From Bigelowiella natans CCMP2755 (Eukaryota > Protista > Cercozoa), in contig ADNK01001279.1 of NCBI GenBank assembly GCA_000320545.1, positions 91,456 to 155,455 on the forward strand: 64,000 bases of DNA. The letters are read 5' to 3'. The translations under genes and the position numbers were made by a program. The notes under the pieces are model-generated. The model was given only the letters and a program-made list of their open reading frames with translations, was not told the DNA's origin and did no database searches. This document shows positions 63,901-64,000 of this stretch, one piece after another. How positions within the stretch are numbered: position 1 is the first letter of the stretch; each line of letters starts with the position of its first letter.

Positions 63901-64000
63901 AACTAATAGTAGAAACTTTACTAAGGAGTACTATGTTACGACACAACGTAAGAAGGTAATAGTAAGTTAAAAAGAAACGAAGAAGAAAGAAGAAAGAAAG

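Overview
Eukaryotic nuclear DNA: intron-rich genes with GT-AG introns full of microsatellites ((TAG)n, (CAT)n, (AT)n, (GT)n). Several proteins have signal-peptide plus transit-peptide-like N-termini, which suggests a chlorarachniophyte-type alga such as Bigelowiella (inference only). Recognisable genes: a membrane-anchored WCGPC thioredoxin, UFC1, a TPR plus DOT1-like methyltransferase, a PB1-(PDZ-like)-UBA p62/NBR1-like protein, a DHA1/TetA-like MFS transporter, mitoribosomal bS6m, a class I SAM methyltransferase, a divergent pair of a 2OG-Fe(II) dioxygenase and an intronless bacterial-type FMO/Tmm, and an NHL-repeat protein. The most striking signal is not a gene. Transposon relics and intergenic patches (clearest at 8928-10178, 22025-23400 and ~37140-39030) have lost almost every TpA dinucleotide except inside CTAG, while CpG is kept. 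Copies of a dispersed repeat, and an RT active-site motif reading CIDD instead of YIDD, indicate TA->TG/CA changes. This looks like repeat-targeted A:T->G:C hypermutation, opposite in direction to fungal RIP. Exon boundaries and counts were read by eye, and gene ends are approximate where stated.
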